Positions 50,823 through 61,786 are shown, counted from the stretch's first letter. The stretch is 64,000 bases of DNA from Kiritimatiellia bacterium (GCA_040767085.1 JAXGPF010000005.1:311778-375777); one strand, 5' to 3'. The notes: generated from the letters alone by a model not told the origin. Numbers and translations are program-made.

Positions 50823-51377
50823 ATGCAACATGCACGGCGGATTGCGGTATGCGGAATTGCGGCTCTCGTATGGGTAGCCCTAACTGGCGCGGCCCTGGGC
50901 AAACACCAGGAAACCACCGTGGTGCTGGTCAATCTCACCGACTCGGAATTGCGCCTGAAAAACAAGGACACCGACGGCAAGTGGGATGAACAACCGCTGG
51001 ATATCATGACCAACGGCGCCACCATGTCCTGCAAGGTCCATTCCGACAAGTTATTCGAAGGCCACCACGTGGCCCTGGAATACACGTCTTCGCGCGGCGG
51101 CTCGGTCTGGGTCAAGCTCAATAACACCTGGGGCAGCGGCAACCACGCCTACGAGGAAAACCGCGGCGTGCCGAAACTGAAAGACGCGGAATCGGGGGAG
51201 GAAACGCCTTTATTCCTCAACCGTTACGGGCCGGCGGCGCATGGCGATATGGTGGGCGTAACCTGGATTTTCGCATGGCAGGACTTGAAAGCCACCGGCC
51301 AGGTGCCCGCGGATACCATCAACAGCAATCTTGAAAAAAGCATGGACGAGCTGAACCAGAGCGACATCGGCAAGTAG
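50823..51377 (+). CDS. Secreted hypothetical protein, possibly aegerolysin/ET79-like beta-sandwich
   Basis: AGGAGG RBS; signal peptide; VVLVNLT..EL.L...GKW...P...Y...NTWGSGN pattern. Confidence 0.6.
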   Translation: MQHARRIAVCGIAALVWVALTGAALGKHQETTVVLVNLTDSELRLKNKDTDGKWDEQPLDIMTNGATMSCKVHSDKLFEGHHVALEYTSSRGGSVWVKLNNTWGSGNHAYEENRGVPKLKDAESGEETPLFLNRYGPAAHGDMVGVTWIFAWQDLKATGQVPADTINSNLEKSMDELNQSDIGK

Positions 51378-51509
51378 TTCAGCCCGGCCGGCGGGCAGAC
51401 GATGCGCGGACATGGGAACGGCGCGCCCAGGGCGGCCAAGGGACCCAGGCTTTGCCAAGGCTATGCCGGGCAAGCTGGCCGCCCTGCCTCGGACACGGGA
51501 AGGCTCGCA

Positions 51510-52496
51510 CTACCTGTCGTCCGGAGGGCGCACGCGCAGGGGGATGACGATTTCCGGCACGTCCGCGCGGTCGGTCCGGATCAGCACCTGGCGGCCGTCC
51601 AGATCCGGCGCCAGCGGGATGTTTTGCAATTCCAGGCGCACGCCGCCCTGAGAGAGCGGGCGCTGCCGCACGGTGATGCCGGCGGCGGGCGGAACGACCT
51701 CCAGCACCTGGAAGGGCGCGTTATCCAAAGCCCGCAAGACGGCCAGGGCTTTGCCCGTAGCAGGCTTTACGTCCGTCTTTTCCGCCGGCAGGTCCAGCAC
51801 GATTTCATCGGGAATGGCGAAAACCGCCGCCACCACCCGCCCGGACATCCGCAGGGCCAGTTCGGGGAACCGGGGATGGTCGGTGCGGATGGCCACCGGC
51901 AGGTCAAACCGGCCCGGCGCCAGGGGCGGCACGGTGCGCAGGGCAATGCGGTAGGTCTGACCGGCGGCGACCGTTTCGACTTCCGCCGCGAAATGCGGAT
52001 GATTGATCGACACTTCCCGGACGCCGCCCGTGCCGGCGCCCCGGAATTCCACCATGGCCGAACGCTCCGCCGGCTGGTCGCCGCGGATGTTGCCCCAGAA
52101 CAGCCTTTCGGGATACACCCCGGCGGGGGCCAACGCTTCGCCCTCCATGGTTAAAACCAGTTGCGGCTGGCGGGGATCGTTGCTGAAGACGTTGATCCGG
52201 CGGAACTGGCGGCCGCGCCGCCCCTTCAAATCCAGGCGCGCGGTCAACTCGACCGCCATCCCCGGCGCGATGGCGTCGGGCGGGGTGCGCACCAGCAGGC
52301 AACCGCAGTCCGGCCGGACGCGGCGGATGATCAACGGCGCCTCGCCGGCATTGCGCAGGACGAAGGTGTGGACCACTTCCCGTGAGTTGTCCGTCGGAGG
52401 GAACCGGAAGACCGGCGCATCGCATACCAGCTCCGGCTGGGCGGCGGCGGCCAGCGCCAGAATCCAACCGGCCGCGCATATCTGCCATCGGCGCAT
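51510..52496 (-). CDS. DUF1573-domain exported protein
   Basis: HTFVLRNAGEAPLII..V.PDCGC...IAPG...SNDP; Ig-like repeats. Confidence 0.85.
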   Translation of the reverse strand: MRRWQICAAGWILALAAAAQPELVCDAPVFRFPPTDNSREVVHTFVLRNAGEAPLIIRRVRPDCGCLLVRTPPDAIAPGMAVELTARLDLKGRRGRQFRRINVFSNDPRQPQLVLTMEGEALAPAGVYPERLFWGNIRGDQPAERSAMVEFRGAGTGGVREVSINHPHFAAEVETVAAGQTYRIALRTVPPLAPGRFDLPVAIRTDHPRFPELALRMSGRVVAAVFAIPDEIVLDLPAEKTDVKPATGKALAVLRALDNAPFQVLEVVPPAAGITVRQRPLSQGGVRLELQNIPLAPDLDGRQVLIRTDRADVPEIVIPLRVRPPDDR

Positions 52497-52527
52497 AAGC
52501 TTGTTCCGTTCCAGCCGGCGGAGACGC

Positions 52528-53493
52528 TCAACCTGTTCCGGCCTCCGGCCGGTCCGGCTGCGGCGCCGGCGGTTTTCCCGCGGCGCGGCTCAAAGGTTTG
52601 GGTTGCTGGTTATACACCTTGGCATTGTCCGGCACGGAATGCGTCAGCCATACATTGGCGCCGATGATCGCGCCGGAGCCGACCCGGGTATCGCCGCCCA
52701 GAATGGTCGCGCCGGCGTAGATGGTGACATTGTCGCCCACTTCGGGATGACGCTTCACGCCCTTGATAGGATGGCCGTGTTCGTCCTTGGGAAAACTCAA
52801 GGCGCCCAGGGTCACTCCCTGGTAAATTTTTACGTTTTCGCCGATCACGCAGGTCTCGCCGATCACCACGCCGGTGCCATGGTCGATGAAAAACGCCTCG
52901 CCGATGCGCGCGCCGGGATGGATGTCAATCCCCGTGCGCGAATGCGCCAACTCGGACATGACCCGGGGGATCAACGGTACTTTCCGGAGATACAACGGGT
53001 GCGCCAGCCGGTGGATGGCGATGGCGTGCAGGCCCGGGTAACTCATGACGATTTCCATGAATGACCGGGCGGCCGGGTCGCCGTCATACGCGGCCTGCAC
53101 GTCGCGCTGCAAGGCGCGGATAATGCCCGGCAGTTCCTCCAGCAAGCCCACCACAGCCGCCTCGGCATTGCGCCGGCAATCGCCGCAGTTGCGGCATTGC
53201 TCGAATTCGCACTGGTACCGGAAGGCATGTTCGATCTGATCGGCCAGCGCCACCGCCACGGAACGCAGCTGGATGTTAAAACTCAATTCCAGGCGGCTTT
53301 CTGAAAGCGGCTGATCCCCGTGGCAGCCGGGGAAGATGATCCCCAGCAACTCGTCCACCACCGCATGCACAGCCTTCTGGCCGGCAAGATTGAAGCGCTT
53401 GGCGGTATTGGACGTCCGGCAGCAGTCAATGGCGCCGGCAATTCCCTGCACGACGTCCGGCAGCGATCGGTCCATCCATTCTTCCAGTTTCAT
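52528..53493 (-). CDS. cysE: Serine O-acetyltransferase
   Basis: GDPAA, YPG, TGIDIHPGA, FFIDHGTGVVIGET, YQGVTLG, KRHP. Confidence 0.93.
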   Translation of the reverse strand: MKLEEWMDRSLPDVVQGIAGAIDCCRTSNTAKRFNLAGQKAVHAVVDELLGIIFPGCHGDQPLSESRLELSFNIQLRSVAVALADQIEHAFRYQCEFEQCRNCGDCRRNAEAAVVGLLEELPGIIRALQRDVQAAYDGDPAARSFMEIVMSYPGLHAIAIHRLAHPLYLRKVPLIPRVMSELAHSRTGIDIHPGARIGEAFFIDHGTGVVIGETCVIGENVKIYQGVTLGALSFPKDEHGHPIKGVKRHPEVGDNVTIYAGATILGGDTRVGSGAIIGANVWLTHSVPDNAKVYNQQPKPLSRAAGKPPAPQPDRPEAGTG

Positions 53494-53514
53494 GCCAAAC
53501 CTCCGCTCGTTGTG

Positions 53515-55470
53515 TTATCCGCCAGCCGATTGAGCATCGCGGGTAATGGTGATAATGACGCGGTCGGCGCCGAGGTTGCGCCGGCCCAGTTTGATCAAGG
53601 CGCTATCCAGCCAGTTCTGCGCCGTGCAGAAAACATCCAGGATGCGAATCCGGTCCTGCATGCAGAGTTGGACGAAATCCCGCCAGGTGAATAAATGGAT
53701 ATTCGGGGTATTATACCAGGCAAACGGCAGGGTCCGGGATACCGGCATGCGGCCGCTGGCCAACAGCCGCAGCCGGGTGCGCCAGTTGCCGAAGTTGGGG
53801 AAACTCACGATCCCCACCCGCGCCACGCGCAGCATCTCGCCCAGGACCAGTTGCGGCTTGCGCACGACCTGCAGCGTCTGGCTGAGAATGGCGTAATCGT
53901 AGGCGTAGTCGGGGATCATGTGCAAACCATCGTCCAGGTCGCATTGGAATACATCCAACCCTTTCCGCAACGCCGCCAGCACGTTTTCCAGGTCGATTTC
54001 CATGCCCAACCCGAAAACCCGGCGGCGGGCAGCCAGCATCTGCAGCAACCCGCCATCGCCGCAGCCCAGGTCCAGAATGCGCGAACCGGGGCGGACGCAC
54101 TTTTCTATCAAGCGGTATTCCTGGCCGTCTTTGGCATGTCCCACCCAGCGTAAATGCAAACGCCGCAGCCGGACGCCGCCGGCGGCAGGCGGCGCCCCGG
54201 CCGGCTGGACGGCATCCAAAACCGCCCCGCCCGCCGCGCTTGCCCCCGCCGGCGCGGGAGCCCCCGCCGGCGCGGGAGTCCCCGCCGGCACGGGAGCCTC
54301 CGCCGGCACGGGAGCCTCCGCTGGCGCTTCCAGAAAATTCTTCACCACTTCCGCCAGGTGTTCGACTTCGACCAGGAAGGCGTCATGGCCGTAAGGCGAA
54401 CGCAAGAGGCAGTACGACACATGCTTGCCGGCCCGGCACAGCGCCTGGGCCACGTCCAGGGATTGTTCCGGCGGAAACAGCCAATCGGAACTCAAGGCCA
54501 CCACCAGGAAACGCGTCTCCGGGTGCACGCGGGCAAACGCCGCGGCCGGCTGCGGATGGTTTTCCGACAGGTCAAAGACATCCATCGCCTCGGTGATGTG
54601 CAGGTAGGAATTGGCGTCAAACCGTTCCACGAATTTCGCGCTCTGGTGGTCCAGGTAGCTCTCGACCTGGAAAGGCGTGGCAAAACGGTGCGGCAGCGTG
54701 CCATTGCGTTTCTCGCGGCCGAACTTGCGCTTCATGTTTTCCGAGGACAGGTAGGTGATGTGCCCGATCATGCGCGCCTGGGCCAGTCCGCGCGCCGGCG
54801 CCTTGCCGGCGGCATAATAATCGCCGCCCAGCCAGTCGGGGTCGGACATGATGGCATGGCGGCCGACGATGTCAAACGCCAGCGCCTGGGCGGAAAGGCT
54901 CATGGCTGAAGCAATGCACACGCATTTCGCCGCCACATCCGGATAGCGCACGCTCCAGGCCAGCACCTGCATGCCGCCAAACGAACCGCCGACCACCGCC
55001 GCCAGACGCCGGATGCCCAACTGCCGGAGCAGCAGGTATTGCACATGCACAATATCGCCGGCGGTGATTTTCGGGAAGCTCGATCCATAAGGCCGGCCGG
55101 TGCGCGGGTCCACGGATGATGGCCCGGTGGTGCCCCTGCAGCCGCCCAGGATATTGGCGCAAATCACGTAAAAACGCCTGGTGTCTATGCCCTTGCCCGG
55201 CCCGATCATGGCATCCCACCAGCCCGGCTTCCGGTCGGCGGGGGCATGGCAGCCCGCCACATGGGCGTCGCCGGTTAACGCATGGCATATATATATGGCA
55301 TTGCCGCCGCCGGGCGCCAGTTCCCCGTAGGTCTCATACGCCACATGCAATTCCGGCAGCGCCGCGCCGCTTTCCAGGACCAGGCCTTCCGGCGGCAAGT
55401 CAATCTTCACCCGCCGGGTCTGCACCAATCCCACGCTGCCAATCCCGTAATTTTTATCGCATTGATCCAT
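53515..55470 (-). CDS. metX: Homoserine O-acyltransferase MetX fused to MetW
   Basis: HALTGD, GGSFGG nucleophile, RFDANSY, GHDAFL; C-terminal LDLGCGDG...LSQTLQ...SFPNF...WYNTPNIH (MetW). Confidence 0.93.
   Translation of the reverse strand: MDQCDKNYGIGSVGLVQTRRVKIDLPPEGLVLESGAALPELHVAYETYGELAPGGGNAIYICHALTGDAHVAGCHAPADRKPGWWDAMIGPGKGIDTRRFYVICANILGGCRGTTGPSSVDPRTGRPYGSSFPKITAGDIVHVQYLLLRQLGIRRLAAVVGGSFGGMQVLAWSVRYPDVAAKCVCIASAMSLSAQALAFDIVGRHAIMSDPDWLGGDYYAAGKAPARGLAQARMIGHITYLSSENMKRKFGREKRNGTLPHRFATPFQVESYLDHQSAKFVERFDANSYLHITEAMDVFDLSENHPQPAAAFARVHPETRFLVVALSSDWLFPPEQSLDVAQALCRAGKHVSYCLLRSPYGHDAFLVEVEHLAEVVKNFLEAPAEAPVPAEAPVPAGTPAPAGAPAPAGASAAGGAVLDAVQPAGAPPAAGGVRLRRLHLRWVGHAKDGQEYRLIEKCVRPGSRILDLGCGDGGLLQMLAARRRVFGLGMEIDLENVLAALRKGLDVFQCDLDDGLHMIPDYAYDYAILSQTLQVVRKPQLVLGEMLRVARVGIVSFPNFGNWRTRLRLLASGRMPVSRTLPFAWYNTPNIHLFTWRDFVQLCMQDRIRILDVFCTAQNWLDSALIKLGRRNLGADRVIITITRDAQSAGG
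54243..54325. repeat. 18-bp tandem repeat in the MetX-MetW linker (~4.5 copies)
   Basis: CCGCCGGC(G/A)CGGGAG core repeated; encodes (E/G)(A/T)P(V/A)PA. Confidence 0.8.
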
Positions 55471-55732
55471 GTCCGCCCGCTGCAACGCCTGCTGTAAATC
55501 GCTTCCAACGCTAACGCTTCATTTTTCCAAAGTCAAGCGCAAGCTTCCGGGCCGGCCGCGGGGGCGCAGCGCGCAAGCGCGGGCCGCGCTGGCGGCACTG
55601 CGCGCCCTGCCGCCGGAACGGCGCGTCCCCGCCCCAAACTTGCGCGGTGCATAATTACGGGACTTGCACGTTTTTTGCCCGCGCTACGGATTTGATTGAT
55701 TTTATCGGCGCGATATTTTACGATGCTGTCCC

Positions 55733-57409
55733 ATGAATGCGGGGATCATCTTTGAAATGCTGGCAATGCTGGCCGGCGGGTTGGGCATCTTCCTCCTGGG
55801 CATGAAGCACATGTCCGAGGGCGTGCAGGCCGTGGCCGGCGAGCGCATGCGCAAGATGATCGCCGGCGTCACCAACAACCGCCTGAGCGCCTGCGCCACC
55901 GGCATGTTTGTCACCTGCCTGACGCAATCCAGTTCCGTCACCACGGTGCTGGTGGTGGGGCTGGTCAACAGCGGCTTCATGACCCTGCTGCAGGCCGCCG
56001 GCGTGATCATGGGCGCCAACATCGGCACCACCGTCACCGGCTGGATTCTGGCCTTGAAACTGGGCAAATACGGCCTGCCGATGCTGGGCCTGGCCGCCCT
56101 GTTCTACCTGTTCAACCGCCGGGAACGCGTGCGCTTCACCGCCATGGCCGTGATGGGCGTCGGCATGATCTTTTTCGGCATGGAATTGATGAGCGCGGCG
56201 TTTCAGCAGGTGCGGGATGTGCCGGAATTTCTCGCGCTGTTCAGCAATTTCCAGGCCGACAGCTATCTCGGCACGATGAAATGCGTCCTGGCCGGCTGCC
56301 TGGTGACCGCCATCGTGCAATCCTCCGCCGCCACCCTGGGCATCACCATCGGCCTGACGGAAGCCGGCATCATCCCCTTCCCCACGGCGGCGGCGCTGGT
56401 GCTGGGGGAAAACATCGGCACCACCATCACCGCGCTGCTGGCCTCGATCGGCGCGGTGACCAACGCCCGGCGGGCGGCGATTTTCCACTCGGTCTTCAAC
56501 CTGCTGGGCGTGCTGTGGATCACCACGATTTTCCCATGGTATCTCCAGTTGATTCACTGGGTGGCGGGCGGCGACCCCGGCGCGGCAGTGACTGTCGCGG
56601 GGGCCGTCAGTTTTCCTTACGCCCGGGCGGGCATCGCCATGACGCACAGCGGTTTCAACATCGCCAATACCATTATTTTTCTGCCGTTGATGCCGCTGGT
56701 GGTCAAGGCCATCTGCCGGCTGATTCCCGACCGGCCGGTCAAGGAGACCCCGCGCCTGACCTACCTGGACGTGCGCCTCCTCAAAACCCCGGCATTGGAT
56801 ATCCAGCAATCGCTGGAGGAAATCATCCGCATGAAGGACCATGTCCTGAAAATGCAGGACTGGCTCCGGCAATTGCTGGTGCGGGATGCCGACCGCGACG
56901 CGGAGCTGGAAAAAAAACTCTTCCATCGCGAGGAGGTGCTGGACGCTGTTCAGCGCGAGATCACGGAATTCATCTGCCGCATGCTGAACGCCAACGTGCC
57001 GCATACGGTGGTCATCGAGGCCCGGCGTCAATTGCAGATCGCGGATGAATACGAATCCATCAGCGACTACCTGGCCGCGATTCTGAAACTGCATTTGAAG
57101 CGCCTGAACGCCGGGCTGACAATGTCGGAGGAAGGCCGGCAGGAAATCCTGCGCCTGCACGACATGGTGGCGCAGTACACCGCCATGATCAGCGAAGCCT
57201 TCGCAAACAAGAACCCCGACATCGTGAGCAAGGCGCACACCCAGGGCGACGCCATCACGCATTACATGAAAACCTGCCGCGACAAGCACCTGGCCCGGAT
57301 CGCCAACCAGGCCGCTTCGCCCTTGAGCAGCCTGGTCTTCACCGACATGCTTACGAGCTACCGCAAGATCAAGGACATCGTCCTGAACATCGCCGAAGTC
57401 CTGCATTAG
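55733..57409 (+). CDS. Na+/phosphate cotransporter with C-terminal PhoU domains
   Basis: QSSSVTT, GANIGTT, QSSAAT, GENIGTT, IADEYESISDY. Confidence 0.93.
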   Translation: MNAGIIFEMLAMLAGGLGIFLLGMKHMSEGVQAVAGERMRKMIAGVTNNRLSACATGMFVTCLTQSSSVTTVLVVGLVNSGFMTLLQAAGVIMGANIGTTVTGWILALKLGKYGLPMLGLAALFYLFNRRERVRFTAMAVMGVGMIFFGMELMSAAFQQVRDVPEFLALFSNFQADSYLGTMKCVLAGCLVTAIVQSSAATLGITIGLTEAGIIPFPTAAALVLGENIGTTITALLASIGAVTNARRAAIFHSVFNLLGVLWITTIFPWYLQLIHWVAGGDPGAAVTVAGAVSFPYARAGIAMTHSGFNIANTIIFLPLMPLVVKAICRLIPDRPVKETPRLTYLDVRLLKTPALDIQQSLEEIIRMKDHVLKMQDWLRQLLVRDADRDAELEKKLFHREEVLDAVQREITEFICRMLNANVPHTVVIEARRQLQIADEYESISDYLAAILKLHLKRLNAGLTMSEEGRQEILRLHDMVAQYTAMISEAFANKNPDIVSKAHTQGDAITHYMKTCRDKHLARIANQAASPLSSLVFTDMLTSYRKIKDIVLNIAEVLH

Positions 57410-57424
57410 GCGGGCCGCGGCGGA

Positions 57425-58960
57425 TCAACGGTAATCCCGCCGCCGGATGCCCAGCTTTTTCAGGCGGTAATTGACAATGCGCGTGGTGGCGCGCAGATGG
57501 CGGGCCGCGGCGGCGGCGTTGCCGCGGTACTTTTTCAGGGCGTCCACCAGCAATTCGCGCTCGTAAGATTCCAGCAGCACCCGCAGGCTGGCGCCGGCTT
57601 CCGGCAGGATGGCGGTATCGGTTTCCTCGCTGGTTTGCAGCGAAGGCGGCAGGTTGTAGCCGTGGATCACGTCGTCCGAGCTGGACAGCACGGCGCGCTC
57701 GATGCAGTTTTCCAGTTCCCGCACGTTGCCCGGCCAGTGGTAAATCATCATCATGTTGATGGCGGGAGTGGAGATGCGCTTGATGCGCTTGCCGTAAACT
57801 TCGTTGTATTTCTGGAGGAAATGGTCGGCCAGCAGGATGATGTCCGAGCGGCGTTCACGCAGGGGCGGCAGGTGGATGGGAAAGACGTTCAGGCGGTAAT
57901 ACAGGTCGTCCCGAAACCGGCCGGCCTTGATCGCGCTTTCCAGGTCCTTGCCGGTGGCGGCAATGATGCGCACGTTGACCTTGATGGTCTGGTCGCCGCC
58001 CACGCGCTCGAATTCCCGTTCCTGCAACACGCGCAGCAGCCGCACCTGGACCGCGGGCGAAATATCGCCGATTTCGTCGAGGAACAGCGTGCCGCCGTTG
58101 GCCAGCTCGAACCGGCCGCGGCGCTGCTGGGCCGCGCCGGTAAAGGCGCCTTTTTCATGGCCGAACAATTCGCTCTCTATCAGGTTCTCCGGCAGCGCCG
58201 CGCAATTGACGCTGATGAAGGGCGCCTGCTGCCGGGAACTGCCGACATGGATGGCGCGGGCCACCAGTTCCTTGCCGGTGCCGGATTCGCCGCGGATCAG
58301 CACCGTAGCCGCGCTGTCGGCCACCTGGGCGATCTGCTCGTAAACCGCGCGCATGCTGTTGCATTTGCCGACAATGTTGTCCGGCCGGTAGCGGTCGTCC
58401 AGTTGCCGGCGCAGGCGCAGGTTTTCCGCCAGCAGGCTCTCGCGCTCCTGTTTCTGCTCGCGGATGCCCGCCACCGCCTCGGCCAGCACGCCCGCCACCA
58501 GCTCCAGGAAGCGCAGATCGTGGCGCAGTTCCCCTTCCGGCGCCGGCGGTCGGTCGATGCTGATTGTGCCGATCACCTCGCGGCGGCGGATGATCGGCAC
58601 GCAGAGAAACGCCAGCCGGACGTTCTGGCGCGCGCCGGTCAGGTTGAGGAAATCCGGCTCGCGGCTGATGTCGGGCACGATCATCGGCCGGGCGGTGCGC
58701 GCGACGCGGCCGGTAATGCCTTCGCCCAGGGCATACTGGCCGCGCTGCAATTCATCCCGCGTCATGCCATGCGCGGCTTCGATGGCGAACAAGTCCGTCC
58801 CGGGCCGGCGCAGCGTCAGCGTGCCGCGCAGCATGCCCATGCGGGTTTCCAGGATATCCAGCACTTCATGCAGTAGGGCGGTCAGGTCATGCTGCTGGGC
58901 AATAGCCTGCGAGATGCGGTAAAGCACTTCCAATTCCGCGCTGGTTTCCGCCGGGCGCAT
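57425..58960 (-). CDS. Sigma54-dependent activator, GAF-AAA+-HTH (NifA-like architecture)
   Basis: [43 protein letters not shown]-terminal HTH. Confidence 0.92.
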   Translation of the reverse strand: MRPAETSAELEVLYRISQAIAQQHDLTALLHEVLDILETRMGMLRGTLTLRRPGTDLFAIEAAHGMTRDELQRGQYALGEGITGRVARTARPMIVPDISREPDFLNLTGARQNVRLAFLCVPIIRRREVIGTISIDRPPAPEGELRHDLRFLELVAGVLAEAVAGIREQKQERESLLAENLRLRRQLDDRYRPDNIVGKCNSMRAVYEQIAQVADSAATVLIRGESGTGKELVARAIHVGSSRQQAPFISVNCAALPENLIESELFGHEKGAFTGAAQQRRGRFELANGGTLFLDEIGDISPAVQVRLLRVLQEREFERVGGDQTIKVNVRIIAATGKDLESAIKAGRFRDDLYYRLNVFPIHLPPLRERRSDIILLADHFLQKYNEVYGKRIKRISTPAINMMMIYHWPGNVRELENCIERAVLSSSDDVIHGYNLPPSLQTSEETDTAILPEAGASLRVLLESYERELLVDALKKYRGNAAAAARHLRATTRIVNYRLKKLGIRRRDYR

Positions 58961-58968
58961 AAAAGCCG

Positions 58969-59958
58969 TCAAATCATTCCCAGTTGCCGCAAGACCTGTT
59001 CCATGATGGCAACATTCCGGGCCGCCGCCTCCGGCGCCGCGGGATCCCGCCACAAATCGCGCAGCTGCTCCAAGGTCCGTGCGCTCAAGCGCGCCTGGGG
59101 ATCGGCCTGGCGGGCGCGGCGGAAGTCCAGCAGCGCGGACGCCGCGGCGCGGGTCAGGTACGCCCGCGCGCGCGGATGGCGCTTGATGGCGGAGGAAGGC
59201 ACGGCATTGATGACCGCCTCGGTGCCGTAAGCCGCCAGCACGGAATAGGCCTTGCTGGCCTGGGGCACATTGTCCACGATCTCATCCGCCTGCAGGAACA
59301 TGGCGACATTGAAAGTGCAGGCCGTCCGGGGCACATCCGCCGTCGTGGGAAAAAATTCCGGCCAATCCAGCATCTGCTGGCGCACGTTCTGGGAATGCAT
59401 GGGCACGGTAATCATGCCCGGCGCCGCGTCCAGCGGCGTCTCCGCCCCATGGAACCCCCAGTGGCCGTCCATGCCGATGCCCTTGAGCTGGATGAAATAC
59501 ACGCCCTGGCGCTTCAACGCCAGCAGGGCGTCGCGGTAGGCGTTCTGGACGGCGGCATCGGCGTCCGTGCCATCCAGCTCCAGGGGATGCAGGTGCGCCA
59601 GCGGGCCGCAGACTTGCGCCAGCGGCGCGAACAAATTCGACTCGAGCAAATAGCGGAAGGTGGCCTTGAATTGCGGGCTCCGGCGGCTGATGGGATAATC
59701 GTCGAACTGGAAAAAATGCGTTTCCCGCAGGATGCCGCGCAGATCGGCGTCGCGCCCGGCGGCGGCGATCAATTCCCGGTAAAAGGCGAAGGCGCTCGGG
59801 GCGGCCATCAGCCACAGGGCGGCAGGCACGCCAGCCGCGCGCTTGGCTTTCATGATCCCGATGATGTGATCGGCCGTCAGCCGGCCCATCGCCGCTTCGT
59901 CCGGCGCCACCTCTACCCGCACTCCGCCGCATTGAAATACTTCCGCCTTGTGCTGCAT
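58969..59958 (-). CDS. Glucosamine-6-phosphate deaminase/isomerase-like (NagB/RpiA/CoA-transferase fold)
   Basis: [28 protein letters not shown]. Confidence 0.7.
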   Translation of the reverse strand: MQHKAEVFQCGGVRVEVAPDEAAMGRLTADHIIGIMKAKRAAGVPAALWLMAAPSAFAFYRELIAAAGRDADLRGILRETHFFQFDDYPISRRSPQFKATFRYLLESNLFAPLAQVCGPLAHLHPLELDGTDADAAVQNAYRDALLALKRQGVYFIQLKGIGMDGHWGFHGAETPLDAAPGMITVPMHSQNVRQQMLDWPEFFPTTADVPRTACTFNVAMFLQADEIVDNVPQASKAYSVLAAYGTEAVINAVPSSAIKRHPRARAYLTRAAASALLDFRRARQADPQARLSARTLEQLRDLWRDPAAPEAAARNVAIMEQVLRQLGMI

Positions 59959-60075
59959 GTCCGCCTGCTCCTTGTTTTGGTTGATAAACGGTTAAACACC
60001 ATGCCCCAACCGGCGGGGATTGTCAACCTTATTTCCCCTGGTTTCGCCTGTCCCGCCGTTGCGCGCCGGGCGGCG

Positions 60076-60885
60076 TCATTCCCGGCGGCGCGGCCGGCCG
60101 CCGGTCACCATGGCGTAGGCATTGTGATTATGGATGCTTTCCTGGTTTTCGCTTTCCACCTTGAACCAGACCACGCGGGCATCCGCGCGCAGTTTCTGCG
60201 CCACGGCCCGCGCCAGGTCTTCCGCGAAACGCGGATGCTGGTAGGCGCGCTCGGTGACGAATTTCTCGTCCTCGCGTTTCAGCAGCGAATACAGGCTGCT
60301 GCTGGCGGCGCTCTCGGCCATGGCGATCAGTTCTTCGATCCACACCAATTCGATGCTGCGGATCTGGATGGTGACCCGCGAGCGCTGGTTGTGGGCGCCC
60401 TGTTCGCTGATGGCCTTGGAACAGGGGCACAGGGTCGCCACGGGCACGGCCACTTCCACCACCAGGTCGGGCCGGACCGGCCGGCGCCGGCGATCGAGCG
60501 CGGCCAGGAAGGCGCACTGGTAATTCATCAGCGACCGGGCGCCGGAGACCGGCGCGGCTTTTTCCACGAAATACGGGAACCGGATTTCCAGGTGGGCGGT
60601 GGAGGAGTCAAACCGCCGGATGATGGTGGCCAGGATCGTCTCGATGCTGCGCAGGGAAATCAATCCGCGATGTTCGTTGACCACCTCGATGAACCGGGAC
60701 ATGTGCGTCCCCTTGAAGCGATGCGGCAAATCCACGTACAGGCTGACATCCGCCACCGTCGGCTGGCGCTTATTCTCGCGGTCCAGCACCACGATCGGGT
60801 ACTGCAAGTGCCTGATCCCCGCCTTGGCGATGGGAATTCGCCGGTCATCCGGCTCGTTTTGAATGTCCCGCATGCTTCGGGGCAT
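60076..60885 (-). CDS. folE2: GTP cyclohydrolase IB
   Basis: KGTHMSRF, TLCPCSK, GAHNQRS, LLKREDE, ESIHNHNA. Confidence 0.96.
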   Translation of the reverse strand: MPRSMRDIQNEPDDRRIPIAKAGIRHLQYPIVVLDRENKRQPTVADVSLYVDLPHRFKGTHMSRFIEVVNEHRGLISLRSIETILATIIRRFDSSTAHLEIRFPYFVEKAAPVSGARSLMNYQCAFLAALDRRRRPVRPDLVVEVAVPVATLCPCSKAISEQGAHNQRSRVTIQIRSIELVWIEELIAMAESAASSSLYSLLKREDEKFVTERAYQHPRFAEDLARAVAQKLRADARVVWFKVESENQESIHNHNAYAMVTGGRPRRRE

Positions 60886-60937
60886 GGTGCTTCCTCCCGC
60901 GGACGCGCGGCGTCCGCCAATTCCGCCGGCGGCCGCG

Positions 60938-61786
60938 TCAGCCTGCCGGGGCGCCGCGCATCAGAGCGCGCAGGTAATCCACATCGTCCTTCACCAGCCG
61001 GTTGACCTCGCCGGCGTATTTCTCGGCGCGGAAGAAATAGCTGCGGTATTCGCAATGAATGCTGATGGCGTCGCGGTAGCCGGCCGCCTGCAGGGCCCGC
61101 AACACCAGCGGCGCGTCCAGCATGCCGCTGCGCAGGGGCACCCAGACGGGAACGTAACACAGGCGGCCGGCGGCGGAATCGAGGTCGTATTCCTGGCGCG
61201 GGCTTTTAAAGTTGACGCTGTGGAGATATGGGCCCAGCAGACCCAGCGCCAGGCGCGGGTTTTCACCGGAAAGCGTCAGGTGCCCGGGATCGTATTGCAC
61301 GCCCAGCCAGCGCGGATCGCAGTCCTGCAGCAGGCGCAGCGCCGACGAAACGTTCACCTCCAGGCAATCGCCGCTGTGATTCTGGATGCCTCCCGCAATG
61401 CCGTGCCGGGCCAGCATTTTTTCTACCTGCGCGACGCGGCGGCGGGCCCGGTCGAACAGGGCGGGAACATCGGCGCCGGGCGGAACATGGAAGCCGCCCG
61501 CCCGGATTTTTCGAATCCCCAGCTTGTTGAGCGTTTCCAGGAACCGCTCGACCACCGCGTCGTCTTCGTCCAGTATATCGCAGACCATGCGCATTATCGG
61601 CACGCCGTGGTCAGCGAAGATTTTCTGGACTTCCGGCAGCTTGGCCGGGGCGCTGGCATGCGTCACGGCGCTGGACTGGCGGCAGGGCATATCCACGCCG
61701 TCAAATCCCGCCGCTTTCAAGGAACGAGCCTGCTCGGCGGGGGGCTGATTGTCACACCACTTGCTGAAGGCGATCAACTGATACAT
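60938..61786 (-). CDS. Sugar phosphate isomerase/epimerase (xylose isomerase-like TIM barrel)
   Basis: AAGFDGVD, QNHSG, YDPGH, ISIHCEY. Confidence 0.85.
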   Translation of the reverse strand: MYQLIAFSKWCDNQPPAEQARSLKAAGFDGVDMPCRQSSAVTHASAPAKLPEVQKIFADHGVPIMRMVCDILDEDDAVVERFLETLNKLGIRKIRAGGFHVPPGADVPALFDRARRRVAQVEKMLARHGIAGGIQNHSGDCLEVNVSSALRLLQDCDPRWLGVQYDPGHLTLSGENPRLALGLLGPYLHSVNFKSPRQEYDLDSAAGRLCYVPVWVPLRSGMLDAPLVLRALQAAGYRDAISIHCEYRSYFFRAEKYAGEVNRLVKDDVDYLRALMRGAPAG

